The translations under genes and the position numbers were made by a program. This document shows positions 19,353 to 28,591 of a DNA stretch of 64,000 nt, in pieces (positions within the stretch are counted from its first letter, which is position 1; every line of letters starts with the position of its first letter). This DNA is from a virus. Where the stretch lies: positions 27,194 through 91,193 of the IMG/VR virus record IMGVR_UViG_3300034284_003265. One strand, written 5' to 3'. Under the pieces are notes generated by a model. That model saw only the letters and a list, made by a program, of their open reading frames with translations, searched no databases and was not told the DNA's origin.

Positions 19353-21020
19353 ATGCACACATTTATTTATCCATCTCAAGATACCTACATAAACAATTCG
19401 CCTGAATTTGTCAATAAAAATTTTGGCATTGATGAAATTTTAGAAATCTACGCTTCCAATATTGGTAATTCCGTAGTTTACACAGATCCAGTTTGGCACG
19501 ATGCGCCACAGACTGCTTCCTCTTATGGAAACAATGGATGGTTAGCCTATACAACATCCTCATTATTTATTTATTCAGGAAGTGCTTGGTATGCATATTC
19601 TTTAACTTCGTCTGTAATACCAAATACATCTTTTATATCAAATTTTACCGGAAGATTATCTAATAAAACAAATCCTCCACGAAAACCACTTTACATTTCA
19701 GGATCAGCTACTTTTGCATCTGGATCTTTTGTTGGACAGTTTACCTCAGCTCAATGTGTAACTTCTTCATTTAGTGGAAGTTTTAGTAGTTCTAGCTTTA
19801 AAGGAATCATCAGTACCAATACGTCTAGTAATTTATACTATGTCGATGTAGTAAATTTCGCTGGATATTTTAAAGGGATTTATAGTGGATCATTTGAAAG
19901 ACCATCTACAGCTACATATCTGAATAGACCTGAATTTTCAAGAACATTGATAAAGTTTGATTTAACTGAGTTAAGTAAATCTGTATCAGATAATAATATA
20001 AGCGGTTCTAATATTAAATTTACTTTGAATTTGAAAGCATGTGGATCTAGAAATTTACCACTAAATTATAGTATATATGCTTATCCAGTCAGTCAAAGTT
20101 GGAATAATGGAAATGGAAGATATGCAGATCACGGATCTCAATTGGGATCTAGTTGGTTATATAGAAACTACGATGGAAATGGTTTATGGTATGGGAATTC
20201 GATATCAAATAGTTATCAACAAGTAGATTATTTGACGAATCCATCTTATGCTAGTGCTAGTTTTCAAAATCAAGGAGGTACGTGGTATTATAAAGTACCA
20301 GCTTCTTATACAAACAAGCCAAAATGGATTTGCAATTCAACGAAGTATCCATCTTTGGTAAATGCAAGTTTAATTTGTAGTCAGTCATTTAGTTACGGAC
20401 AACAAAGTGACGTTACTATGGATATAACTAAAATCGTTAGAGGATGGTTATGTGGATGCGTTCCAAATCAAGGACTTATGTTATTGAGTTCTTTGGAAAT
20501 TTCAACTCCTCCATTACAACCAACCAATGGACTACTACAGTTTTTTAGTAAAGAAACAAATACTATTTATAGTCCATATATTGATGTAGCCTGGGATGAC
20601 AGTATATTTAATACCGGAAGTTTGAAACCTGTTTCAGGATCAATTCAAAATTTAATTACATTGAATTACTTGAAAGAAGCCTATAAAGCTGGAAGTTTAC
20701 CAAAAATATTTGTATTTGCTAGAGATAGATATCCGTTGAAAAACTTCCAAAAAGCTTATCAACAACCAGCTATGGTTACGCCGCAGTATCTTCCAACTAG
20801 CTCATATTATATGATTAAGGACGCTGAATCAGAAGAAGTTTTAGTGGGATTTGATCAATATACAAAGTTGAGTTGTGATCCAAATCAAGGTAATTATTTT
20901 AAATTACAAACAACTGGATTGCCACAAGAAAGATATTTGAAAATATTTATAAAATCGGAATATAAAGATGGAACTATAGATATTACAGATACCCAAAAAA
21001 TATTTAAGATAACAAGATAA
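19353..21020 (+). CDS. baseplate/tail structural protein (DNRLRE-like features)
   Basis: 'PSQDTYI...NFGIDEILEI', 'SRTLIKFDL', 'DITKIVRGW', 'FFSKET'; SGS-rich. Confidence 0.6.
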   Translation: MHTFIYPSQDTYINNSPEFVNKNFGIDEILEIYASNIGNSVVYTDPVWHDAPQTASSYGNNGWLAYTTSSLFIYSGSAWYAYSLTSSVIPNTSFISNFTGRLSNKTNPPRKPLYISGSATFASGSFVGQFTSAQCVTSSFSGSFSSSSFKGIISTNTSSNLYYVDVVNFAGYFKGIYSGSFERPSTATYLNRPEFSRTLIKFDLTELSKSVSDNNISGSNIKFTLNLKACGSRNLPLNYSIYAYPVSQSWNNGNGRYADHGSQLGSSWLYRNYDGNGLWYGNSISNSYQQVDYLTNPSYASASFQNQGGTWYYKVPASYTNKPKWICNSTKYPSLVNASLICSQSFSYGQQSDVTMDITKIVRGWLCGCVPNQGLMLLSSLEISTPPLQPTNGLLQFFSKETNTIYSPYIDVAWDDSIFNTGSLKPVSGSIQNLITLNYLKEAYKAGSLPKIFVFARDRYPLKNFQKAYQQPAMVTPQYLPTSSYYMIKDAESEEVLVGFDQYTKLSCDPNQGNYFKLQTTGLPQERYLKIFIKSEYKDGTIDITDTQKIFKITR

Positions 21021-21021
21021 T

Positions 21022-21495
21022 ATGGCGGATATACAATTAAATTATGATGTAGCTACAGATGAAGTTTCAAGCTTTAAAAATTTTGGAACATTCACTAACA
21101 ATTTGGATTCTTTTGGCAATTTCCAATTGGTATTTTCTGCGGCTCAGTCTGTTAATGGAAACGTTAATTATGTTAAAGTTCCATTAAAAACATTCTTATA
21201 CAACGAGAATAAAATTCTTGATGCAAATACTGCAGATTTTACTGAACTTCAAACTGTTCAACAAGAAGAAAAACGTAATGTGGATGAAGTTTTGAATCAA
21301 TATAATAATCTACTTGAAGAAAATAGAATTCTCAATCAGACGGTTAATGAATTGGTTGAGAAGTATGAGAACAATGATGATAAACAAGTAATCGCAGAGC
21401 AAAAGAGAACAATAATCGGCCTTAGAATTCAATTGGGACAGGGATCTGTTCCATCAGACTTTTCAGATGACTTTCCGTTTTTACCACTAGTATAA
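21022..21495 (+). CDS. hypothetical structural protein with coiled coil
   Basis: in the baseplate operon with 1-nt gene spacing. Confidence 0.7.
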   Translation: MADIQLNYDVATDEVSSFKNFGTFTNNLDSFGNFQLVFSAAQSVNGNVNYVKVPLKTFLYNENKILDANTADFTELQTVQQEEKRNVDEVLNQYNNLLEENRILNQTVNELVEKYENNDDKQVIAEQKRTIIGLRIQLGQGSVPSDFSDDFPFLPLV

Positions 21496-21496
21496 T

Positions 21497-24400
21497 ATGC
21501 CTTACGACTATTTAACAATTAATGAACTTGATCTCGCTAATGGTATAGCAAGTGCTTCGTATTTTCAACAAGACTTACAATCTTTATACGAACAACAAGT
21601 TTTAAACTCTGAAAACTTTTTCGGGGACACGAATGATGATATATTAGAATTAAGCGTTTATAATAGTAACCAAGAGCCAATTCTTTTTAATAGGGTAATA
21701 CCGAAAACAACTTATAGCATCGTACAATCGTCGTATAAAGATATAAACAACGTTCAACGATCATATAAAGTTGCAAATCCATTTACAAATTATGCTTTAT
21801 ATGGCAATGAATTGTTGTTACACAGTCAATTCGATCTTAAGTTTGATGAATTAAGCCCTGGTTTGTATTATGTTCTATATAATCCAATTAGAAACATTGC
21901 TGGGAATACGTCTAATAGATTATTTATAAAAGAAATATCTCCAAGTCGAACCGAATTAAGATTGTCTTACGCATTTGATCCAACTCTTAATGAAGCCAAT
22001 AGAGTAGATTCAGTAAAAATATCAGCATTTGCGGATAAAAAATTTGTTTTCTTACAAGTAATAGACCAAATTATTCCTATCGTAGATAGAAACCCTATAG
22101 ACGAATCATTTAACGCAAATTCTCCTAATTTTAATTATTTGAAATATGCACAACTACTTGGGTTTAAATCTTCGGCTGAATTGCAAGAATTTATAAATTC
22201 AGTTTACGTTGGCTATAATAAAGTTGTAAATCTATCTAATGATGCTGATTCTGTAATTAGTCAGAATATAAAATTTGCAGGAATTGCCGAACAAATAAAA
22301 AACTTTGTTTACACTTATAATGAAACTGAATTTTCCCAGGACGAAATACTGACGGCTATTTCATTGATTGTAGCAAAAGTAAGTCAAGACGCAATATTAC
22401 AAAGAACAACTTTAACAGACACAGATCTCGCCGAAACAGTAAATGTATTTGTAGAAATCGCATACAGATATTGGTTGCAACCAAAGATTACAGAATTATT
22501 AAATGACTATAGTCTAAAGTTTTATGGATTTTATAAAAATGCATTAAATTTTGATAATGGAAATTTAGTAAAAATATTAACTCACACAAGTTATTTAAAT
22601 GTAGTAGATAATCGTATTAACGTTCAAATTAAATTAGATAGTCCACTTCCATCTGAGTATTCTATAAGAGACACTTGTTGGATTTCTAACATCTCATTGG
22701 CTCCTTTATATTTTAAAATTAACTTATATACTGCTCCGATTTCACGAAAAGTTTATTTGAATGGAGTTAATTTTACAGTTGCAGTACCATCTGTTAATCC
22801 AACGAATGACAAGTTTAACGCTACAAATGATAATACATTATTTGCAGCTAAAGCTAGAACTCAACAAAAAATAAATGATTTGTTGATTAACTATAATGAT
22901 TTTAGCAATTTTATTAATTTTTCTTCCGCTGAATTAAGAACTAAGATAGCTAAAAGTAAAATTTCTAAATATGACTCATATGAAACATCCAAGAGTCAAA
23001 TAAAGAACCAAGCATCCGCAACATCTAACATTTCTATATCTGCTTCGTATTCAAATGATTTTACTAAGATTATAAACGAACAAATTTCATTACTAGATAG
23101 CTTCGATGAATATGAATCTTATCTATTTTATTCTACATCTAGTATAGATCAAAAAATAGAAGATGGCATAAGTTTTGATAAAAGCAATTACAATTCTTTA
23201 TTTTATCAATTGCCAGAGTATATTAAGACCGAAGAATCCAATGCTGATTATATAAAGTTTACAGCAATGGTTGGACATTTCTTCGACAACATTTTGGTTT
23301 TTGTTAAGAAGTTTCCGAAATCTTATCCAATTAATTGGGACGATAACAATAGTTATCCTAAAAATTATATAGAAGAATTATTAAATAATTTTAACTGGGA
23401 TGTTACTAATTTTAAGTTTAACAAAAGCGATGTAAATCAATTGTTGTTTAACAATACGCAAATGTCTGGAAGTTTATCATCCTCATATTTTGATTATGCT
23501 AAATCTATATTTAATAGAATAACAAATAATTTAAGTTACATATATAAAACTAAAGGAACATCTACATCGTTTAATCTGATCCGTTCAATTTTTGGAATAT
23601 CTTCAGATTTGATTAATGTAGTTGAATATAGCAGTCCAAATGTTTTAATAAATAGAAATGTTTACTATGATTTTGATGATATAGTGTATGCTACTAAGTA
23701 TCAAGATAATCAATTCATTAACTTCAATTTTACGAGTAGTGAATTTAAATATTTAGTTACTCAAGATAGTTTGAGTGGAAGCTATACAGGAAGTTATAAC
23801 GGAGACACAATATATTTAACAAGATCTTATATAGAAAATTTTACAGGAGTTTCTACTGTAGAATGTACATTTAGATCAAATGAATGGAATAAATATAATT
23901 ATAAAGATAAAATTCCACTTATTAAGAAACTAAGAAATGATAATTTAGACTGGCAAGTTTATTTGTATAAAACAAAACAAAGAGAATCTGCAAAATTAAT
24001 TTTTGAATTAAGTCCTATAGGATCCACAATAGCTACATCCAGTATAGAAAGTATTGAAATGCCTTATTTAAATGGCGATTTTTATACTTTCATGGTTAGA
24101 AAAGAACCAAATGATTCAATAAGATTTGATGCGTTGTCACCGTCATCCTCAATGACATCAAGCATTGGATATTATGGAAATTATAATGTAACTCAATCTA
24201 TCTGTGAAACTTTTTATCCAAATGCGTACAAGTATATACCTCAGACATATACATTATATGTAAATCAATATTATGGAAGTTTATTAAATTTCACAGATAA
24301 AAAAACCAAGACGATATTGTATGATCAAAATCAATATTTCTCTTCTGGAAGTTACTATGTTGGAAACTTTTCATCTTCTATTCAATTTAATGGAAATATA

Positions 24401-25996
24401 GATAAAATTAAAGTTCAAAAATATGCATTGAGCGATGCTGATTTCCAAGAACACTCTTATAATTTGAGTTCGATTTCAATACCCGAAAAGTCTTTGGTGT
24501 ATGAAAATATGTATTATTTATGGAGTTTTGATACTCCTGTAAATTTGTATGGAAGTCCATCTGTTATTCCTAATCAAAATAATAGATACAACACAGAATT
24601 CTATGCGTATAATTTTCAAAGAACACCAGTGGTATGTGGAGCTCCTATTTGTGATACCATATTATCTGATATTTTCCCATATCAATTTGATAAATTTAAT
24701 GTTAAACAAGCTATTAACTCAAATCGATTTGGGCCAAATTATAAAGACAATGCTAATATCAATAAAATAATACAGGACGTAAGTTCTAATTTGTTACCAT
24801 ACGAATATTCCACATATACAAGAGATATAATCGGAAGCGATTCTAATTTGGTAGGATATTATATTTCCCCATATAGATATTTAAACGAAAATATAGAAGA
24901 CTTTTTAGGAAAAGAAGGAATATCTGATATCATTGGAGATCCTAAATATCTCACATCAAGAAACTATCCGGAATTAAAACTAAGACAAAGAGAATTTGAA
25001 GATTCAAATAAAAAATATATTTATCCACAAGAATATTATAGTACCTATAAGTTTTATATCGATTTTTCAATATTTGATTTTATTAAAAAATTGACTCCGA
25101 CCCGTGGTACTTTAAAGAGAGGACTTTTATTGGAACCTTCTATATTTGAACGAGTAAAGTTTAATTATAAAGATGCCGTATTTTCCCCTCTTGATCCAAA
25201 TACAACATCTAGCTTAATGTTATATGAAATCAGACCGTCATTCTTATCTTCGTTAATAGATACAGTCAATTCATCAAGTAATACGGTTATAAACATTGAA
25301 TCTGTTAATGGAATTGATACTGATCGTGATACTTATAATTTTTCAAGATTTGAAATCAAAGATAAAGTGGATGATAGAGATTTTATATTTGCTAAATATG
25401 GTAAATACGTAAATGTTAATAAAAACGGATACATTGTACGAAATACTATAAATTATTCTGAAAATGATTATTATCAATCCCATAATAATACAGGTTCTAT
25501 TGTAACATTCACATCAAGTTATAAATCCGTACAAACTATTGGTTCCGGATCGGGAGATTTAAATAATCAAATTACAGGTAGTCGTTCATTAACAGACATT
25601 TATTACGGAAACATGAGTAGTGGTTATTCCCAAAGACATTTAAGTAAATTTGTACGAGTTGGTAGTAGACTAAAAAGACAAGCCGTTTCTGGATCTTATT
25701 ACGTTATTAACAATGGTATAAAAACATTGGCTAATGGTAAATTATCATACTACACTTATACAAAAGGTCAAAACGATTATACAACCACAGTGAACAGACA
25801 AGGTTTACCAAATGGATCATCTCCTATTATATCAATACCAGGATATTTGTCAGTTGACATTGAAAGCGATAATTTCCCTAAATATGGTATTCTAACTGGA
25901 TCGGTTGGATCGCCAAATAGTTTATTTATACAACAACCACTTACATGTTCTACGTGTACCAGTGCTAGTATGAATATGTATATTATGAATTTATAA
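21497..25996 (+). CDS. large baseplate wedge protein, gp7-like
   Basis: 'LPEYI...MVGHFFD' and 'YIYKTKGTSTSFNLIRSIFG' resemble the gp7/P2 gpI KGT motif; 1499 aa. Confidence 0.6.
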   Translation: MPYDYLTINELDLANGIASASYFQQDLQSLYEQQVLNSENFFGDTNDDILELSVYNSNQEPILFNRVIPKTTYSIVQSSYKDINNVQRSYKVANPFTNYALYGNELLLHSQFDLKFDELSPGLYYVLYNPIRNIAGNTSNRLFIKEISPSRTELRLSYAFDPTLNEANRVDSVKISAFADKKFVFLQVIDQIIPIVDRNPIDESFNANSPNFNYLKYAQLLGFKSSAELQEFINSVYVGYNKVVNLSNDADSVISQNIKFAGIAEQIKNFVYTYNETEFSQDEILTAISLIVAKVSQDAILQRTTLTDTDLAETVNVFVEIAYRYWLQPKITELLNDYSLKFYGFYKNALNFDNGNLVKILTHTSYLNVVDNRINVQIKLDSPLPSEYSIRDTCWISNISLAPLYFKINLYTAPISRKVYLNGVNFTVAVPSVNPTNDKFNATNDNTLFAAKARTQQKINDLLINYNDFSNFINFSSAELRTKIAKSKISKYDSYETSKSQIKNQASATSNISISASYSNDFTKIINEQISLLDSFDEYESYLFYSTSSIDQKIEDGISFDKSNYNSLFYQLPEYIKTEESNADYIKFTAMVGHFFDNILVFVKKFPKSYPINWDDNNSYPKNYIEELLNNFNWDVTNFKFNKSDVNQLLFNNTQMSGSLSSSYFDYAKSIFNRITNNLSYIYKTKGTSTSFNLIRSIFGISSDLINVVEYSSPNVLINRNVYYDFDDIVYATKYQDNQFINFNFTSSEFKYLVTQDSLSGSYTGSYNGDTIYLTRSYIENFTGVSTVECTFRSNEWNKYNYKDKIPLIKKLRNDNLDWQVYLYKTKQRESAKLIFELSPIGSTIATSSIESIEMPYLNGDFYTFMVRKEPNDSIRFDALSPSSSMTSSIGYYGNYNVTQSICETFYPNAYKYIPQTYTLYVNQYYGSLLNFTDKKTKTILYDQNQYFSSGSYYVGNFSSSIQFNGNIDKIKVQKYALSDADFQEHSYNLSSISIPEKSLVYENMYYLWSFDTPVNLYGSPSVIPNQNNRYNTEFYAYNFQRTPVVCGAPICDTILSDIFPYQFDKFNVKQAINSNRFGPNYKDNANINKIIQDVSSNLLPYEYSTYTRDIIGSDSNLVGYYISPYRYLNENIEDFLGKEGISDIIGDPKYLTSRNYPELKLRQREFEDSNKKYIYPQEYYSTYKFYIDFSIFDFIKKLTPTRGTLKRGLLLEPSIFERVKFNYKDAVFSPLDPNTTSSLMLYEIRPSFLSSLIDTVNSSSNTVINIESVNGIDTDRDTYNFSRFEIKDKVDDRDFIFAKYGKYVNVNKNGYIVRNTINYSENDYYQSHNNTGSIVTFTSSYKSVQTIGSGSGDLNNQITGSRSLTDIYYGNMSSGYSQRHLSKFVRVGSRLKRQAVSGSYYVINNGIKTLANGKLSYYTYTKGQNDYTTTVNRQGLPNGSSPIISIPGYLSVDIESDNFPKYGILTGSVGSPNSLFIQQPLTCSTCTSASMNMYIMNL

Positions 25997-26043
25997 TATA
26001 ATTTTTGATTAAAAACCGAAAAGATTTGATAATTATTTAATAT

Positions 26044-26685
26044 ATGGCATATCTTAATAATAACGTTCTCACTGTTAACGCGATATTGACGAAAAAAGGT
26101 CGTGAAGTATTAGCAAAAACAGGCGGATTGAACATTACAGCATTCGCTTTAGCTGATGACGAAATCGATTACACACAGTTTAACCCAAATCACCCATTGG
26201 GCAGTGCATATTACGATATCGCTATTCGTAATACTCCAATCATGGAACCTATTACAGATGAATCACAGACGATGAAATATAAGTTGGTCACTCTAAATGA
26301 TGGAGTCACATCTGTACCAACCATAAGCATCGCCCCTCCATTAATTTCTGTACCACGTACTTATTCAGCGGCAATTGATATTATTCCTAGTACAACTCCT
26401 GTTTATAACGTAACATTGGGATATACAGCAATATTATCTAATAAAAACGTAGGTACTTTAGTAGTTACTGAAACAAATAGTTTGAACTCTACCTCAGCAA
26501 CCATTCCAGCATTTACCGGAGATTTAGCGTCACAAGCTTCACAGGTTGTCATAGGTAATAAGTTTAGATTTATCCCAAATAGTTCTTTGTCTAAGACAAC
26601 TACTACTAATATTACTATTATCGGTAATGAAAGTGGCGGAAGTTCTTCCATCAACGTAACTGTCAGTGTTCCTACCACAACTTAA
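26044..26685 (+). CDS. baseplate/fibre-attachment protein
   Basis: 'AILTKKGREVLA...ITAFALAD' resembles the start of the P2 gpH-type attachment domain. Confidence 0.6.
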   Translation: MAYLNNNVLTVNAILTKKGREVLAKTGGLNITAFALADDEIDYTQFNPNHPLGSAYYDIAIRNTPIMEPITDESQTMKYKLVTLNDGVTSVPTISIAPPLISVPRTYSAAIDIIPSTTPVYNVTLGYTAILSNKNVGTLVVTETNSLNSTSATIPAFTGDLASQASQVVIGNKFRFIPNSSLSKTTTTNITIIGNESGGSSSINVTVSVPTTT

Positions 26686-26691
26686 TAATAT

Positions 26692-27801
26692 ATGATATTC
26701 ACCCCATTTACTCCAGACGATATAGTAGCAGGCAGAATTAACCAAGTATCATCGGGTATGTTTGGTACTGGTAGTTTAACAGTAGCACAATCGTCCTTCG
26801 TAACATCATCTGCTCAAGCAAATGTCATGACAGGATCAAGTCCATATGATGTTAAAAATGGACAGTACTATGTAGATGTTTATAGCGGAGCCGATCAATA
26901 TTTTGCTATTGCTTATGGAGATTATTATAATTCAGGAAGTAGCTATTTTGATTGGCCGGGTCAGTCCGTAGCGAGTGTATATACCAATGAAACCAAAATT
27001 ATATACAGTCAATATAAAAATACACTTCTTCAACCAGGCGACACATTTTTTAGTTTTGCCTCAGGCAGCGTAGATTCTCCAACCGATAGTTCGGCTATAT
27101 TCGTACTAAACTACGTAACAGATAAATTCCAAGATCAAATTGATCCTGGTCAAATTCAATTAAATTTTACAGGCGCTTTAGGTCAATTCTCATATATTGA
27201 CGATTCACAAGTAGTTAATACACAACAAAACGTTTATAATTTGATCTCGGGATCAGTTATTAATGGCGTCCCTACTCCATATACCAAAGGAGGAACAGTT
27301 TCGGCTGTTTACGAAGGAATTGGTTTATTTTATCCAACAAACGGAGTTGTTATATTGAATGCACTAAAGTTAGATGCAAAAGTTGGTATTACCGGAAATC
27401 CTCCGGAAATTACTAGTGCTAGAACCACAAATCAGTATTCAGTTAACTGGAAAAGTTATTGGAGAAATTGGTTGCGTAAATTTTATTTAAGTCTTAGAAG
27501 ATCAAATAAATACATGGCAATTCGTAAATCCGAATTTGTACCATCTACGAATTACTTCATAAGAGTTAAAAATAAAGAGTTCAACTATAGTAACAATCCA
27601 ACATTTGTATCAGATGGTACGGATGGTCAAACAAAGGGGACTATTATCTATCCAGAATTGATTAGTAATCCTCGTACTTATATTACTACAATTGGATTGT
27701 ATGATTCTAATAATGAATTACTTGCAGTTGGTAAATTAAGTAGACCTACGCAAAAATCATTTGATAATGAATTGTTAATTAAGTGTCGTATTGATTTTTA
27801 A
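26692..27801 (+). CDS. baseplate structural protein
   Basis: C-terminal 'YITTIGLYDSNNELLAVGKLSRP' motif. Confidence 0.6.
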   Translation: MIFTPFTPDDIVAGRINQVSSGMFGTGSLTVAQSSFVTSSAQANVMTGSSPYDVKNGQYYVDVYSGADQYFAIAYGDYYNSGSSYFDWPGQSVASVYTNETKIIYSQYKNTLLQPGDTFFSFASGSVDSPTDSSAIFVLNYVTDKFQDQIDPGQIQLNFTGALGQFSYIDDSQVVNTQQNVYNLISGSVINGVPTPYTKGGTVSAVYEGIGLFYPTNGVVILNALKLDAKVGITGNPPEITSARTTNQYSVNWKSYWRNWLRKFYLSLRRSNKYMAIRKSEFVPSTNYFIRVKNKEFNYSNNPTFVSDGTDGQTKGTIIYPELISNPRTYITTIGLYDSNNELLAVGKLSRPTQKSFDNELLIKCRIDF

Positions 27802-27836
27802 TCTAAATACGTTGAAATCTTCCTATTTATATTGGG

Positions 27837-28580
27837 ATGATTAAATTTCTTAAAAATCAAGACATACAAATCACTACATTTTCAGTAGCAAAAGAAAAGA
27901 TTGCTAATAACATCTTTTCCGATTTGATTTTTGCTAGCGATGGAACTTATAACTTTCCATTGATTATTCCTGTACAAGAATGTGATTACAATTTTAATTC
28001 ATTGTCTACAGGATCTTTTGCCACAGTTAATACACAAACGTGTTATGCGTCAATTGTTAATCAAAATGGATTTTTAGCTTGTTCGCCGATAAACGATCCA
28101 AATAATCCACAGTTTCAACTTGGTTTAAAATTACCAACTGGATCAGTATTTTATCCAGTCGATAATATTCATTATAATGCTGAAACTAATCCTACTAATT
28201 TAGACGGCACTTATCAGGGACAGGTTTATAATACAATTAAGAAAATGTATTATAATAATTATAACAATGCCTACAATATTTTTGGATTTGATAGTTATGA
28301 TATATCTGAAGCTAGTTTGAGTCTGGATGATAAATTTGTAAGTTATACATTAAATGTCACTCAGAGTGGCGATAGAATTAGTCCTTTTAGTGTATTAATT
28401 AACAATCAGACAGGCGATATAGTTGGCAGTATTTTAGATGATGGAAATAATAATTTGTATTTATCTGGATCATATTTCATCAATGATTTTGAAGTTTATT
28501 CGACCAACACGGAAAGTGTGGTTAATTATGGCATAACAGGACTAGGACAATATTTGTATTATGGATCAATGTCCACATAA
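27837..28580 (+). CDS. hypothetical structural protein
   Basis: N/S/T-rich, 'ILDDGNNNLY'; TATTTATA at 27824-27831. Confidence 0.65.
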   Translation: MIKFLKNQDIQITTFSVAKEKIANNIFSDLIFASDGTYNFPLIIPVQECDYNFNSLSTGSFATVNTQTCYASIVNQNGFLACSPINDPNNPQFQLGLKLPTGSVFYPVDNIHYNAETNPTNLDGTYQGQVYNTIKKMYYNNYNNAYNIFGFDSYDISEASLSLDDKFVSYTLNVTQSGDRISPFSVLINNQTGDIVGSILDDGNNNLYLSGSYFINDFEVYSTNTESVVNYGITGLGQYLYYGSMST

Positions 28581-28591
28581 GTATATAAAGT